The notes under the pieces were generated by a model, which was not told the origin of the DNA, did no database searches, and worked only from the letters and a program-made list of their open reading frames with translations. The position numbers were made by a program, and so were the translations under genes. 64,000 nucleotides of DNA, taken from positions 288,001 to 352,000 of the forward strand of contig CAVUZH010000018.1 in assembly GCA_963745835.1 (NCBI GenBank), read 5' to 3'. The DNA comes from an uncultured delta proteobacterium (GTDB lineage Bacteria > Desulfobacterota > Binatia > UBA9968). Every line of letters begins with the position of its first letter. Positions within the stretch are counted from its first letter, which is position 1. Positions 30,095 to 40,166 of this stretch are shown in pieces.

Positions 30095-30439
30095 ATGGAG
30101 AATTATAACTACGACATCGACGGTTCCACCCATCTGGCTTATGGCTTGTTGCCCAACATGGTTTATTTGATCGCCCGTGACGGCATTGTAGCTTACAAGT
30201 CGGACTGGACCGACGCCCATGAGATCGACGGCATGTGCGCGAGCTTGCTTCGATTGGATGAGATGAAGGCGCGAAAGGTGCCGATCATTCGACAAGGGAT
30301 GTCAGAGAGAATGCACTGGATACCGATGGATCCCGTGCAGCGAGAAAATGTTTACCGGCGCTCGGGAGAGAAAGCGATCCAGGACTACTTCAGGGCGAAG
30401 GGACGCTTGCCCTATGCGGCCGATGCAGAGAAAGGGTAG
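30095..30439 (+). pseudogene. Deiodinase-like/peroxiredoxin-like thioredoxin-fold gene with an apparent internal deletion
   Basis: GGAGGA RBS; MENYNYD is joined directly to the C-terminal motif IDGSTHLAYGLLPNMVYLIARDG.VAYKSDWTD; no catalytic segment. Confidence 0.6.
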
Positions 30440-30634
30440 TCATAGTTCGTCGCCACTGAGCAATCAGCAGCAATCAGTGCTGGCGTTCCCTGCAAAAAGA
30501 AAAGGCCGACATGGTATGCGGCAACCGCAGTGAGTACCTACCCATAAAGTCGCTTGCAACGTGAGTTTTTTTGCAAGAACAAATAACTAGTCGAACTACT
30601 ATCTTTCCCTGCTAGTTAATTGCTAGGCTGGGTT

Positions 30635-30946
30635 ATGCTCCGAGTTCTTCGATGCGATCTTTGGTTCTACCTGGCTTTCATCGCCGCCGGGGTGCTTTTA
30701 TTTCAGGCAACGCCTACCCAATGGCATCTCGCTGAGTATCTTTCTTTCGTTACCACCAAGATCGGCTACAGCGACTTTGAACGACCGGACCATCGACCAT
30801 TTCGATCCGACCTAGCATCAGGTTTGCCGGGGAGGAGCAGGACCGTTGTAGAATTTTCTTACATCAAGTTCGATCGCAAACAAAATACTCGCCTCTGGCC
30901 TTTCATCTTCACTGGAATCACACGATCACCTCCCGCTTCTCATTAG
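30635..30946 (+). CDS. Small leader-type ORF with an N-terminal TM helix, ending ...ITRSPPASH
   Basis: Hydrophobic LWFYLAFIAAGVLLF and a C-terminal RSPP; lies directly upstream of the antiporter; start uncertain (30620 or 30635). Confidence 0.55.
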   Translation: MLRVLRCDLWFYLAFIAAGVLLFQATPTQWHLAEYLSFVTTKIGYSDFERPDHRPFRSDLASGLPGRSRTVVEFSYIKFDRKQNTRLWPFIFTGITRSPPASH

Positions 30947-31100
30947 CCGATAGAATTTAGCTGGTGCAGATTGCAACCCCTGGGCTTATTGCCGGGAGTT
31001 CTGGGTTGTCATCTGCTTCTGATTCGAGCTTGTGCCCTGAGATCGCTCGGATCGAGAAGAATACGTCGACAACGGCTACGTTCCACAAAGGAGCTGAGAA

Positions 31101-32291
31101 ATGGCTCGAGTACTAACCTACAGCGTGCTGCTGATAGTGGGAATGGTGCTATCCCAGTTGCCCGCCATCGATCATTTGAAGCCCGAGATTGCGGCGCTCA
31201 CAATGATCTTTCTTGCCTACATCATGATTCAAGTCGGAATGGAATTCGAAATCGACAAAAATGACCTGCGGAAATATGGTGTTGATTACCTTGTCGCTAT
31301 GGCTGCGGCGGCCGTGCCGTGGCTCACGGCTGCGGCATACTTCTGGTGGTTCTTTCACATCGGGACCGCCGAAAGCCTGTTGATCGGCCGCTTTGCCGCG
31401 CCGACCTCTGCCGGGATACTCTTCACAATGCTCGCCGCCGCAGGACTTGCGGCAACATGGACCTATAAGAAGGCCCGAGTTTTAGCGATCTTCGACGATC
31501 TCGATACCGTTCTGTTGATGATTCCACTAAAGATGATGCTGCTTGGATTTACACTCAAACTGCTCGGCCTTGGCATCGTAGTTGTTGCCTTACTCGTGGC
31601 GGCATATTTCATGATCCATTGGCTGCGAGTTCCGACAAACAACTTCTGGGTTGCCGGTTATGCTGCGCTTATCTGGGCCTCATGCGTGGCATTCGACTAT
31701 GTCACGGAGTTGCACCTGGAAGTGTTGCTGCCTGCTTTCGCCTTGGGGTGTCTCATCAAGTCGGATCATCTGCATGGTTCGGAAGAGTTTGATCCGCACG
31801 CAAGAGGTTCCGAGCCTTACAATCGGGAGTGGGAAGACGTGCTCGATCGCTTTATCAAAGGTTCCTTCATGTTACTTGCCGGCATGGCGCTTCCGCCGAT
31901 TCAGTTTGGTTCAATCGGCATCGGCATTGTTGTTGTTCATGTGTTCCTTTTGACTTTCCTGATGAACATCGGCAAGTGCGTTCCGTTGGCGGCTTACGGC
32001 GACGAGGCCACTTTACGAGAGCGAACGGCGCTTAGCCTCGGTATGTTTCCACGCGGAGAGGTAGGCATTGGAGTACTGCTTGTTTCTCTGGAGATTTTCC
32101 ATCAGACGGGTTCTTTGGATGTCCCAGGTATCAGCGAAAGCATTTCACTAGGTGGGCTCAGTCTAGCGCTGAATCTCTGTCTAACCGGGCTTTTCATACT
32201 GGCTGTGATACGGCTACTGAATTCGGACACGGTTAAGACTGACAAAGCTCCAGTTAGCTTCGGGCGAGAAAGCGATAAAGGATTACCTTAA
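31101..32291 (+). CDS. Cation:proton antiporter (CPA family)
   Basis: About 12 TM helices, FAAPTSAGILF, LAIFDDLD, GMFPRGEVG; AAGGAG RBS. Confidence 0.88.
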   Translation: MARVLTYSVLLIVGMVLSQLPAIDHLKPEIAALTMIFLAYIMIQVGMEFEIDKNDLRKYGVDYLVAMAAAAVPWLTAAAYFWWFFHIGTAESLLIGRFAAPTSAGILFTMLAAAGLAATWTYKKARVLAIFDDLDTVLLMIPLKMMLLGFTLKLLGLGIVVVALLVAAYFMIHWLRVPTNNFWVAGYAALIWASCVAFDYVTELHLEVLLPAFALGCLIKSDHLHGSEEFDPHARGSEPYNREWEDVLDRFIKGSFMLLAGMALPPIQFGSIGIGIVVVHVFLLTFLMNIGKCVPLAAYGDEATLRERTALSLGMFPRGEVGIGVLLVSLEIFHQTGSLDVPGISESISLGGLSLALNLCLTGLFILAVIRLLNSDTVKTDKAPVSFGRESDKGLP

Positions 32292-32403
32292 GCGAGGGGA
32301 GTTCGCCTTAGTAAGCGATGCGAAGAAAGGTTCTATTATAAGCACATCGATGATGCGCCCGACTAAATGGCGCAAGATCTTTCCGAACAAGGATTGTAAC
32401 CTT

Positions 32404-32865
32404 TCAGATCCACCGACGAACTCGAGACTTATAGTCAACGAATTCTTGGCCGAACTTCCCAGCCAGCGCTTTTTCCTCAGGTTCGATTTGGAATCGATTC
32501 ATGTAAAAGATAAAAGCGGGAACGAAAACAAAAGCCAGCGCATTCGATAAGAAAACTGCCCAACCGACCAGGACTAAAAGAAAGCCTAGATACATCGGAT
32601 TGCGGCTAAGCTTGTAAATGCCCGAAATCACCAAAGACGATGATGATTCCGGCTTCATCGGATTGATCGTGGTTTTTGCTCGTCTGAAGGAAGCCACCCC
32701 CAAGACGATAATCATTGCGCCAGCGATAGCCAAAGTCAGCGCCAAAAACTCCCGGCCCGGGAATACGAAGTTAAACCCCGGTACAAGCCGTGAGACAAGC
32801 CACATGAGCGCAGCCAGCAACGCGCCGACAGCCAAAGGCGGCACCTTCAATTCGAGAACACGCAT
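32404..32865 (-). CDS. Isoprenylcysteine carboxylmethyltransferase/PEMT family membrane protein
   Basis: FRRAKTT.NP, LV.SGIY..SRNPMYLG, FQI.PEE.AL..KFG..F.DY..RVRRWI. Confidence 0.9.
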   Translation of the reverse strand: MRVLELKVPPLAVGALLAALMWLVSRLVPGFNFVFPGREFLALTLAIAGAMIIVLGVASFRRAKTTINPMKPESSSSLVISGIYKLSRNPMYLGFLLVLVGWAVFLSNALAFVFVPAFIFYMNRFQIEPEEKALAGKFGQEFVDYKSRVRRWI

Positions 32866-32874
32866 GGCGACGGC

Positions 32875-33585
32875 TTAAGCCTCCTCCTGGTTTCTCTTAG
32901 ATGGGATCACCAAACGGTAGCCGATTCCACTTTCAGTTCGTAGTAGCTTTTCGCCTCGCTCCGAGCTGTCGATTTTCTTGCGCAGATGCGTCATGTAAAC
33001 CCGCAGGTACTGGGACTGCTCTTCCGCGTTGGGACCCCAAACTTCACGCAGCAATTGCTTGTGGGAAACGATCTTGCCAGCGTGCTGCGCAAGAATTTTC
33101 AGCAGCGCATACTCGGTGGGTGTGAGCTTAACTTCGTGTCCCTTCAGAGTGACTGCATGGCTGGTAAAATCGATGGCGAGATGTCCGGCGTGAAAAAACG
33201 GCTCGTCGGCCGCTGAATGAGAACGCCGCTGAATGGCTCGTAAGCGAGCCAGGAGTTCCAGCGCTTCGAACGGCTTGGTCACGTAATCGTCCGCACCGGC
33301 ATCTAACGCAGCAACCTTATCTTCAGGACCGTCACGGACGGATAGAATCAGAACGGGCACCTGGCTCCATTCGCGCAGCCGTTTCAAAACCGCAATTCCT
33401 TCCATATCCGGAAGTCCAAGATCGAGTAAGACAACATCGGGTCTTCTGAGCGCGACATCGGCGAGTCCTTGTTTGCCGCTTTCTGACTCAAGCACCCGAT
33501 AGTGATCTTCTTCCAAGACAATGCGAAGAAACTTTCGGATCTGTTTCTCATCATCGACCACCAAGGCTGTTGCATGATCAGTCAC
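32875..33585 (-). CDS. kdpE: KdpE-type response regulator
   Basis: LVVDDE.QIR.FL, LDLGLPD, LREWS.VPVLILS, ALDAGADDYVTKPF, LTPTEY.LL, QLLREVWG, YLRVYM..LRKK. Confidence 0.92.
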   Translation of the reverse strand: MTDHATALVVDDEKQIRKFLRIVLEEDHYRVLESESGKQGLADVALRRPDVVLLDLGLPDMEGIAVLKRLREWSQVPVLILSVRDGPEDKVAALDAGADDYVTKPFEALELLARLRAIQRRSHSAADEPFFHAGHLAIDFTSHAVTLKGHEVKLTPTEYALLKILAQHAGKIVSHKQLLREVWGPNAEEQSQYLRVYMTHLRKKIDSSERGEKLLRTESGIGYRLVIPSKRNQEEA

Positions 33586-35171
33586 TCCAAGCTCTCCATG
33601 ATTTCCGGCCGAAGGATCTCCACCGGAATGCTGATAACGAATTCTGCCCCACCCCTTTCCCTGTTGACTGCCCGCACACTACCGCCATGCGCCCGGACAA
33701 AACCATCGACGATCGCAAGACCGAGCCCCGTGCCGCCCGGCGCTGCGTCACCGCCGCGATAGAAGGCATCGAAAATGCGCAATAGATCGTCGTGCCGGAT
33801 TCCTTTTCCCTCGTCCACTACGGAAATAATCAGTTGTCCCTCTGACAGCTGAGCGCCGATTGTGATCTTCGTCCCAGGCGGACTGTTTGCGGCGGAGTTC
33901 AACATCAGATTGCACAAGCATTGCTCCAGAAGCGGCTGGTCAATTTTGATCATGGGCAGTCGACTATCCAAATCAAGTGTGATTTGATGGCCATTGAGCG
34001 ATTCACCCGCGAGATCGATAGCCGCTTGAATGAGCTCCTCCACATCGCACCAATCGAGCTTCGGCTGGATCACTCCGGATTCGATTCGGGTCATATCAAG
34101 CAAATTGTTGATGACGCGGTGTAGACGGCGGACGGCTACTTGGACCTCGCGCAGAGTCCTTTGCTTTTTTTCATCGCCATCGGTCTGTCGTGTTATCGCA
34201 TCGATGCCGGCCTGGACTGCGGAGAGCGGCGTTTTCAGTTCGTGGGAAACGCTCTGCAGCAGCGCATGCCTGAGGTGCTCCGATGCTTCGAGGATCTCGG
34301 CGCGCTTGAATGCTTCAACGATGTGGTTTTTTTCCAGCACCAGACCGATAAGCACCGCGAACGCTTCGAGTAAATCCCTCTCCGCTCGGTCAAAAGGTTT
34401 GCCCGCCGGCGGCCGAACCGAGAGCACGCCCATAACCGCCGTGCGGCCCTGTAACGGCAGGTGCAGCGCCTCGGCATCTGGAAAGGACCCGGTAAACTTC
34501 CCGGCCGGCACCCGGTGGCTGAAGACCCATGCGACAACGCTGTTGTCCAATTCTGAGAGATCGAATGAGCTAACTGCATGAGGTCTGGACGAGAGTGAGT
34601 GATCTTTTTGTCGTACGAAAAGCGCTGCCTTCGCGGTGAAAATCGAATCAATGAGATTAACGGCTGCCCCAAGACCCGTGTCGAGATCGGTTGCAAATGC
34701 GGCCTGCTGCGCGAGCTCATACAGAGCAGCGGTGCGACGTTCCCGCTGCCGTTCGACAATTTCGCTCCGCCGCAGACGGCTCGTCAGGTGTCCCATAGCC
34801 AAGGCGACGACAAAAAAAACTACGAACATAATCCCATCGTGGAATCTCTGAACATGCAACGTGAAGTATGGCGGTACAAAAAGGAAGTTCCACAAGGCGG
34901 CGCTGGATGCGGCCAGCGTGAGAACCGGGCCGCGGCTCAACTTCAGTCCCACCAGAACGACTAAGAGCAGGTAGAGCAGGGCGACAGTTTGATAACCCGT
35001 GAAGGGCTCAATCAACCAAGCAACCGCCGTAAATGTAAGTATGAGTAACCCGGCGAAAAAATATTCGTTAATGGTTGATGCCGACCGAACCCAGCGCCGG
35101 ATCATGTAACGTCTGGACCGGTGTTCTTGGCATCGAGCAGCCATCTCTGGGTTCGGTGAGGCTATTACCAT
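33582..35171 (-). CDS. kdpD: KdpD-like sensor histidine kinase (DUF4118-GAF-HisKA-HATPase) lacking the N-terminal KdpD/USP domains
   Basis: Four TM helices with NFLFVPPYFTL, ALLQSVSHELKTPL, NLLDMTRIESG, GTGLGLAIV; GTGA overlap with kdpE. Confidence 0.88.
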   Translation of the reverse strand: MVIASPNPEMAARCQEHRSRRYMIRRWVRSASTINEYFFAGLLILTFTAVAWLIEPFTGYQTVALLYLLLVVLVGLKLSRGPVLTLAASSAALWNFLFVPPYFTLHVQRFHDGIMFVVFFVVALAMGHLTSRLRRSEIVERQRERRTAALYELAQQAAFATDLDTGLGAAVNLIDSIFTAKAALFVRQKDHSLSSRPHAVSSFDLSELDNSVVAWVFSHRVPAGKFTGSFPDAEALHLPLQGRTAVMGVLSVRPPAGKPFDRAERDLLEAFAVLIGLVLEKNHIVEAFKRAEILEASEHLRHALLQSVSHELKTPLSAVQAGIDAITRQTDGDEKKQRTLREVQVAVRRLHRVINNLLDMTRIESGVIQPKLDWCDVEELIQAAIDLAGESLNGHQITLDLDSRLPMIKIDQPLLEQCLCNLMLNSAANSPPGTKITIGAQLSEGQLIISVVDEGKGIRHDDLLRIFDAFYRGGDAAPGGTGLGLAIVDGFVRAHGGSVRAVNRERGGAEFVISIPVEILRPEIMESLE

Positions 35172-35265
35172 CTGGGAGAATTATATCTGGTTTGATCTGC
35201 AGGATCTAAGGCCGCGATTCGGGAGCCACGTCATCGGGCCGCCGATTTATAAGCAAGCCGGCAGC

Positions 35266-37251
35266 TCACGCGGCACTCTGCTGCTGGTTAAGGGAGGCAA
35301 AAACCCGGACCGGTAGGATCATCATTTCCAGCCCCTCGAACTGCAGCCGCTGCTCTAGGGTGAAAGGCGTATGGTTATGCAGCAGGCGTGTTAAGAAGTT
35401 CTCCTCTTGAAACACCAGTTTCCCCGCAAAGAACACGGGGTCGGGAAACTCCTTGGCTACAGACTTGCAAATTTTTTCCAACTCATCCATGAGGTCAATT
35501 CCCAACCCATAACGATACTCGGCGTACCAGCCCAAGCAGTTGGCAAACTCCACGAAGCTTTTCAGGTCGTCTTCTTTCATCCTGCGTAAGCTCTCTATCT
35601 CGTTAAGGCCCTTGAATCGTCCCGAGTCGATCACTGCGATTGAGACAAAAACGATATTCTTGAAGTGGTTCGGAAAAAGCCGGCCGATCCTAAGGAGCGA
35701 ATGAATCGCCAGGCCGTCGAAGTCTCTTACGATCAAAACCGCAGTGGGGCCATCCGGGTTCTTTGCCGGCATCGGCTTCATGTCTGGCTGGAATGGGATG
35801 TTCATTAGCGCGTCGTCGAGCCGCTTTAGCGCGCTACGTACGTGATCGTAATGCAATCGAACCAAATAACAGAGGACAATGAAGGCCAATGTCACCAGAA
35901 CTGTGACCCATCCGCCTTCGGCGAATTTTAGAATCACAGTGACAATGAGAATGGTGCCCGTGAACGACAAACCGAGACCATTCACAAACAGCCTTTGCAG
36001 CCAAAGCTTGTCGGTACGTCTTACTAGCCACCAGTGGCGGCACATACCCAGCCTGAGAAATGCTAAAGGTCACAAAGACATTGATCGCATACATGACCAC
36101 CAGCAGCCTTACGTCACCTTGGGTATAGGAGAGAAAAGCGAAAGAGGCGAGACCCATGAACCAGATGCCGTATCGGGTAACCAGGTTATCGCTGAGATGA
36201 GCAAAGCGATGAGGCACCCAGGAGTCGAGTCGCCATGTTCGAAAGCACTCGCGGTCCATCGATGTAACCAGCCTGTGCCGCGACGATGAGGATAGCGGCT
36301 TCAGTGACGAGCGTGACGATTACGAGAACATAGGCTAGATCCGGTGAAAAGAAACCTCCGTAAATTTTTGCAAACAGGCTGGCATTTAGAGTTTTGCCGG
36401 TTTCATGGGAGACCTGATTTAGCAGATAACAGAGCAGCAAGCCACTGGCGGTAAAGGCCAGTGATGTGGCCATATACAGCATGGTTTTTTTGCCGGTCTC
36501 GACGCGCGGTTCCCGCAAGGCCTGCAGTCCATTGCTGACAGCTTCGATACCGGTGTAGGTGCCGCCGCCAAGGCTATAGGCGTGCAGGACGATGAATAGA
36601 GTCGCCCACAAGCCTAAGCCTTGAATATCGCCGACGGACTTTTCATAGGTAGCCGATGCAACAAAAGGAACTTCCGCAGCCTTTGGTATGATGCCTAGGC
36701 CGATTGCAAAAATGTGCATCGACGACGAACAGGAGAAATATTGGCAGCAAAAAGAGAACTGACTCTTTGGTGCCGCGAAGATTAAGATAAATCAGAAAAA
36801 AGATCAGGCCGAATTCTATTGCCAGCTTAAATCCCTGAGTCGAGATGGGCAGGAAACTGAAGATCTGATCGCCCGCGCTGGCAACGGAAATCGTGATCGT
36901 CAGCATGTAATCCACGATCAAGGCAGAGCCGGAGACCAAGCCGACCTTGGGGCCCAAAAGTTTTGTCGCGACAAGATAACCGCCGCCGCCCGTCGGAAAA
37001 AGCTCGATGATGTGACTATAGCTTGCGGATATGACAAAAACGGTCAGTGCCATGAGGAGTGCCAGCGGCAGCGCAAGGAAGAAATGTTCTCCAAGAGCTA
37101 GATAGGCTTCTTCAGGGCCGTACGCTGATGAGCTTAGGCCGTCGGCGCCAAGACCCACCCAGGCAAGAAAGGCGACGAGCGATACCTGATGGAACACTTT
37201 CGGGTCCAGAGGATCCTTCGGCTTTCCGAATAGTAGACTCTTAATCGACAT
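35266..37251 (-). CDS. APC family permease, KimA-like putative K+ transporter; split by at least 3 frameshifts
   Basis: Four overlapping ORFs join: GADGLSSSAYGPEE, GGGGY.VA, DYMLTI..SVA / TGIEAVSNG / W.PHRF..L, LVVMYAINVF.TF / KFAEGGW, LHNHT. Confidence 0.85.
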
Positions 37252-37792
37252 CGATTGAGCGATTCCTGTTCCGAGAACCTAACTGTGAAGTACCGGGACG
37301 AGCAATTTTTACGGGATTGTAGGGGATCACCAAGACTGGACACTGAGCATGAGCTACGACATTGCAGGCGACGCTGCTGCCGATGAACAATCTGAAAGTT
37401 CTGCCCCGCTCTCGACTTCCGATCACGAGGAGATCGATTTTTTCTAGACTCGCGGCACGAACAATCTGCTTACCGATGGAATCGGTGCCGCCTAACAATG
37501 AGCCTTTCGCCCTTACACCGGTTGCATTCACTTGTGCAACGAGTCGAGATAACGCAATCTCTGCTTCCTGCTTCTCGAATGATTCAGCTTCAAACAACGG
37601 TGTTGGAGGTGGGAGAACGTGGAAAATCAAAAGATCCGCATCACTGGCTTTGGTGATTTGGATCGCCCAGCGCAAGGCGCCGTCAGAGGAGTTGCTCAGA
37701 CTCGTAGGGAACGCAATTCGTCTGAGTGGCCCTGCCAACGACGTATTCGATACCAGGGGAACTGCATCGTGTTTAAGTGACAATGTGGCCAT
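37241..37792 (-). CDS. Universal stress protein
   Basis: RRIAFPTS.S..S..AL, LLIFHV, IDLLVIGSR, FIGSSVA..VV.HA.CPVLVI. Confidence 0.88.
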   Translation of the reverse strand: MATLSLKHDAVPLVSNTSLAGPLRRIAFPTSLSNSSDGALRWAIQITKASDADLLIFHVLPPPTPLFEAESFEKQEAEIALSRLVAQVNATGVRAKGSLLGGTDSIGKQIVRAASLEKIDLLVIGSRERGRTFRLFIGSSVACNVVAHAQCPVLVIPYNPVKIARPGTSQLGSRNRNRSIDVD

Positions 37793-37841
37793 GTCATCAC
37801 TGTACCCGGAGGGGGGAAATGGCGACGAATAAAAATCGTGT

Positions 37842-37868
37842 CTCAGCAGGTTAAAAAAACGTTTAAAC
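37842..37868 (-). promoter_or_regulatory. Putative KdpE-binding box 1
   Basis: Minus strand GTTTAAACGTTTTTTTAACCTGCTGAG upstream of usp; resembles 40053..40079 and the E. coli kdpFABC box TTTATACTTTTTTTACA. Confidence 0.65.
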
Positions 37869-38003
37869 GCACCCGGAACTGGGATGTGGCTTTAATCATC
37901 CATGGTGCCCGTTCGGCAAACTAGCCGGTGTCCTATGATTTAGAGATTGGAGAATTGGCAAACGTGAGAGGTTGGAGCGGTATGCGCGTTCGTAAAAATG
38001 TAG

Positions 38004-39845
38004 CTAATTAACGATCATCAAACGACAATCATAGGGTAGCTTCTTCATCAGCCCTTTGACTACATGGCCGCGCAGCATGTGATAAAAAGCCGAGCGTCGC
38101 GACGCGCCAATGACCACCGCATCGACGTCGAGTGCTCTGGCCGCGTTGGCAATCGCCTCGGCAGCGTTATGCGAGACAGCCCAAATCGGCACGATCTCGA
38201 TCTGATTTTTACGGCCGGCTTGCAGCGCCGCCTTGAGCGTTTGCATCCCCTGCTCGTTAGGGATGTGCGGCGTGTCGCCGGCGAACAGTCCCGGCCACTC
38301 CTCGACGTAGATACAGTACAACGCCGACTCGCCCCCTCCTCTGGCCCGTCCTATCGCCTCTTTAATCAATCGGGGATTTTCATCGCGCAGCGCAACTAGC
38401 GTCGATGACGAGTATAACGGCTTTACTTCAACCGCCTCCGTAAGCGTCATAAGTCCTCGTAGTTCGTCTTCGACCAGATCTTCCGAAGCGCGATACGCCC
38501 GCGCTTGAAGCCGTTGAATAAAAGGTATCTGCACCAGCAAATCGACAAACCAGGCCCGGCGCACGCCCACCGCAATGAGCATACCGATCAAGGTAACTGC
38601 CCCGCCGAAATAGGTCGCCCGCTGTTTTTCGACGAGGTTCACTCCCCACGCGACCATAACCATGCCGGTGGTAAGGACTCCTAACCAGAATCCCCAATCA
38701 CGCCTTCCCAGATTCCAGCGGATCGAGTCCAGGCTCAGCGATGAAAATACAAACGCGCCCAATAAGCCGAAGGCATACATATCTCCCAATATTTCCAACT
38801 GACCTCCGCTGAAGAAAGATAACCAAGCACGGGTACGACAGTGGCAATGCCCACCGCGACGTGCGGTGTGTTGAAGGTTGGATTACGCATAGCCAGGATT
38901 TGGGGCAGAAAGCCGCCCTTTACGAGCGCCAGAAAAACATGATACGAGCCGATGATCGCGGTGTTGGCGGCAAAGAGCAGCAGGCTGGAGGCCGTCAAAA
39001 CGACAGCCAACTTGATGCCGTAGCCGCCCACGATCAGCCCTAGCTCGGAGATGAATCTCTCACTCTCGGTTGCCTTGAAGTGCTCCGGTAACAAACCGAT
39101 CGATAATGCCGTAAGCACCGGCGAGGTCATCACCATGGTAACGATTACCGCACCCATGGCCCAGCGTGTGGTTTGGCGCAGCGGAAGGCGCATAGTCGGA
39201 CTGAGCTGGCTAATGCTTTCCAGACCGGAGAAGGCGAGCCAGGCGGAGGAAAACCCGACGAGCAGCTCATAGCTCGACAATTCCCTGTCGGTGCCCAATC
39301 TGCTAATGACCGCCTGCCACTGTGATGCATCCATGCCGATAAACGCGATGCCGATGACCACCAGATTTACCAGGAATGAGGCACACGCCATGACCAGTGC
39401 GACAGTGGCGCTCTCGCGGATGCCGACGATGTTAAGCGCCGCCAGGACGCCCACCCCGAGCGCAGGCGAGCGCCACAATATGCGAGTCCAATACCGGAAA
39501 AATGCTGCCGATGTACTGGAATCCGGAAACGGCGGAGATCGCAGTGGTCAGGAAGTAGTCAACTGTGATGAGCATCCCGCCCAGGCATCCCCACATCGGG
39601 CCGAAAGCTTTGGTTGTGATGGTAACCACACCGCCGCCTTCCGGATTGCGCCACGAGATCTCGATGTATTTCAATGCCAGCAGAATGAAACCGCCGGTGG
39701 TTAGCAAAACAAAGAACGGCGTCGCGTCTTTGACATGGCCATAGAGGATTCCGGGCACGTAATAGACCGACGTGCCGATGTCGCAGAAGACGACTGCCCA
39801 CGCGAGAAACCAGTTGAGTTGCCGGGTATTTTTAATCGGTTGCAT
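38004..39845 (-). CDS. APC family permease with a C-terminal USP domain; split by about 2 frameshifts
   Basis: Three ORFs join: VFCDIGTSVYY, PEGGGVV, DYFLT.AIS / LNIVGIRESA, LAFSGLESISQ, TPH.A / LGDMYAFG, C-terminal AAEAI..AA...D.VVIGASRR. Confidence 0.85.
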
Positions 39846-40052
39846 TACCGGCCAAGACGATTGGCCTGCGCGCGTCCCGGTCTGTCGATCAGGTCCACGC
39901 CTAGCTCAAACTCCTGTTCGCTTCCAAGACCGTTTGATTTGGCGGCGCGTTTGCGATTTCGTCGTTCTCCGGATTCAAACCTAGATAACCGACAGCCCAG
40001 CGATAGGTTTAGCCTACGTGGGCCGTTGAGTGCGGGCTAATTAAAATGATGA

Positions 40053-40079
40053 CTCAGCGCGTAAAAAAAACGTTAAAGT
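40053..40079 (-). promoter_or_regulatory. Putative KdpE-binding box 2
   Basis: Minus strand ACTTTAACGTTTTTTTTACGCGCTGAG upstream of the APC-USP gene; aligns without gaps to box 1. Confidence 0.65.
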
Positions 40080-40166
40080 GAAACCCGAGCCGCTGGACGG
40101 TTCGCGGCTCAATGACGACGAACAAATCTGTTGCTCAAGAATTCAGGAAACGAATTGGAGCACCAT

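Noticed and set aside
30946-31101. Known nhaA-I/nhaA-II or DUF1646 (Na+/Li+) riboswitch before the antiporter
   Set aside because: A hairpin is present but I could not match it to those consensus motifs; it is reported only as a hairpin.
35266-39845. Programmed ribosomal frameshifting in the APC permeases
   Set aside because: Several shifts per gene, no canonical slippery heptamer noticed, and similar indels occur in unrelated neighbours.
39846-40050. c-di-AMP (ydaO) riboswitch upstream of the KimA-like genes
   Set aside because: I could not find the conserved ydaO sequence elements by eye; an Rfam/Infernal scan would be needed.
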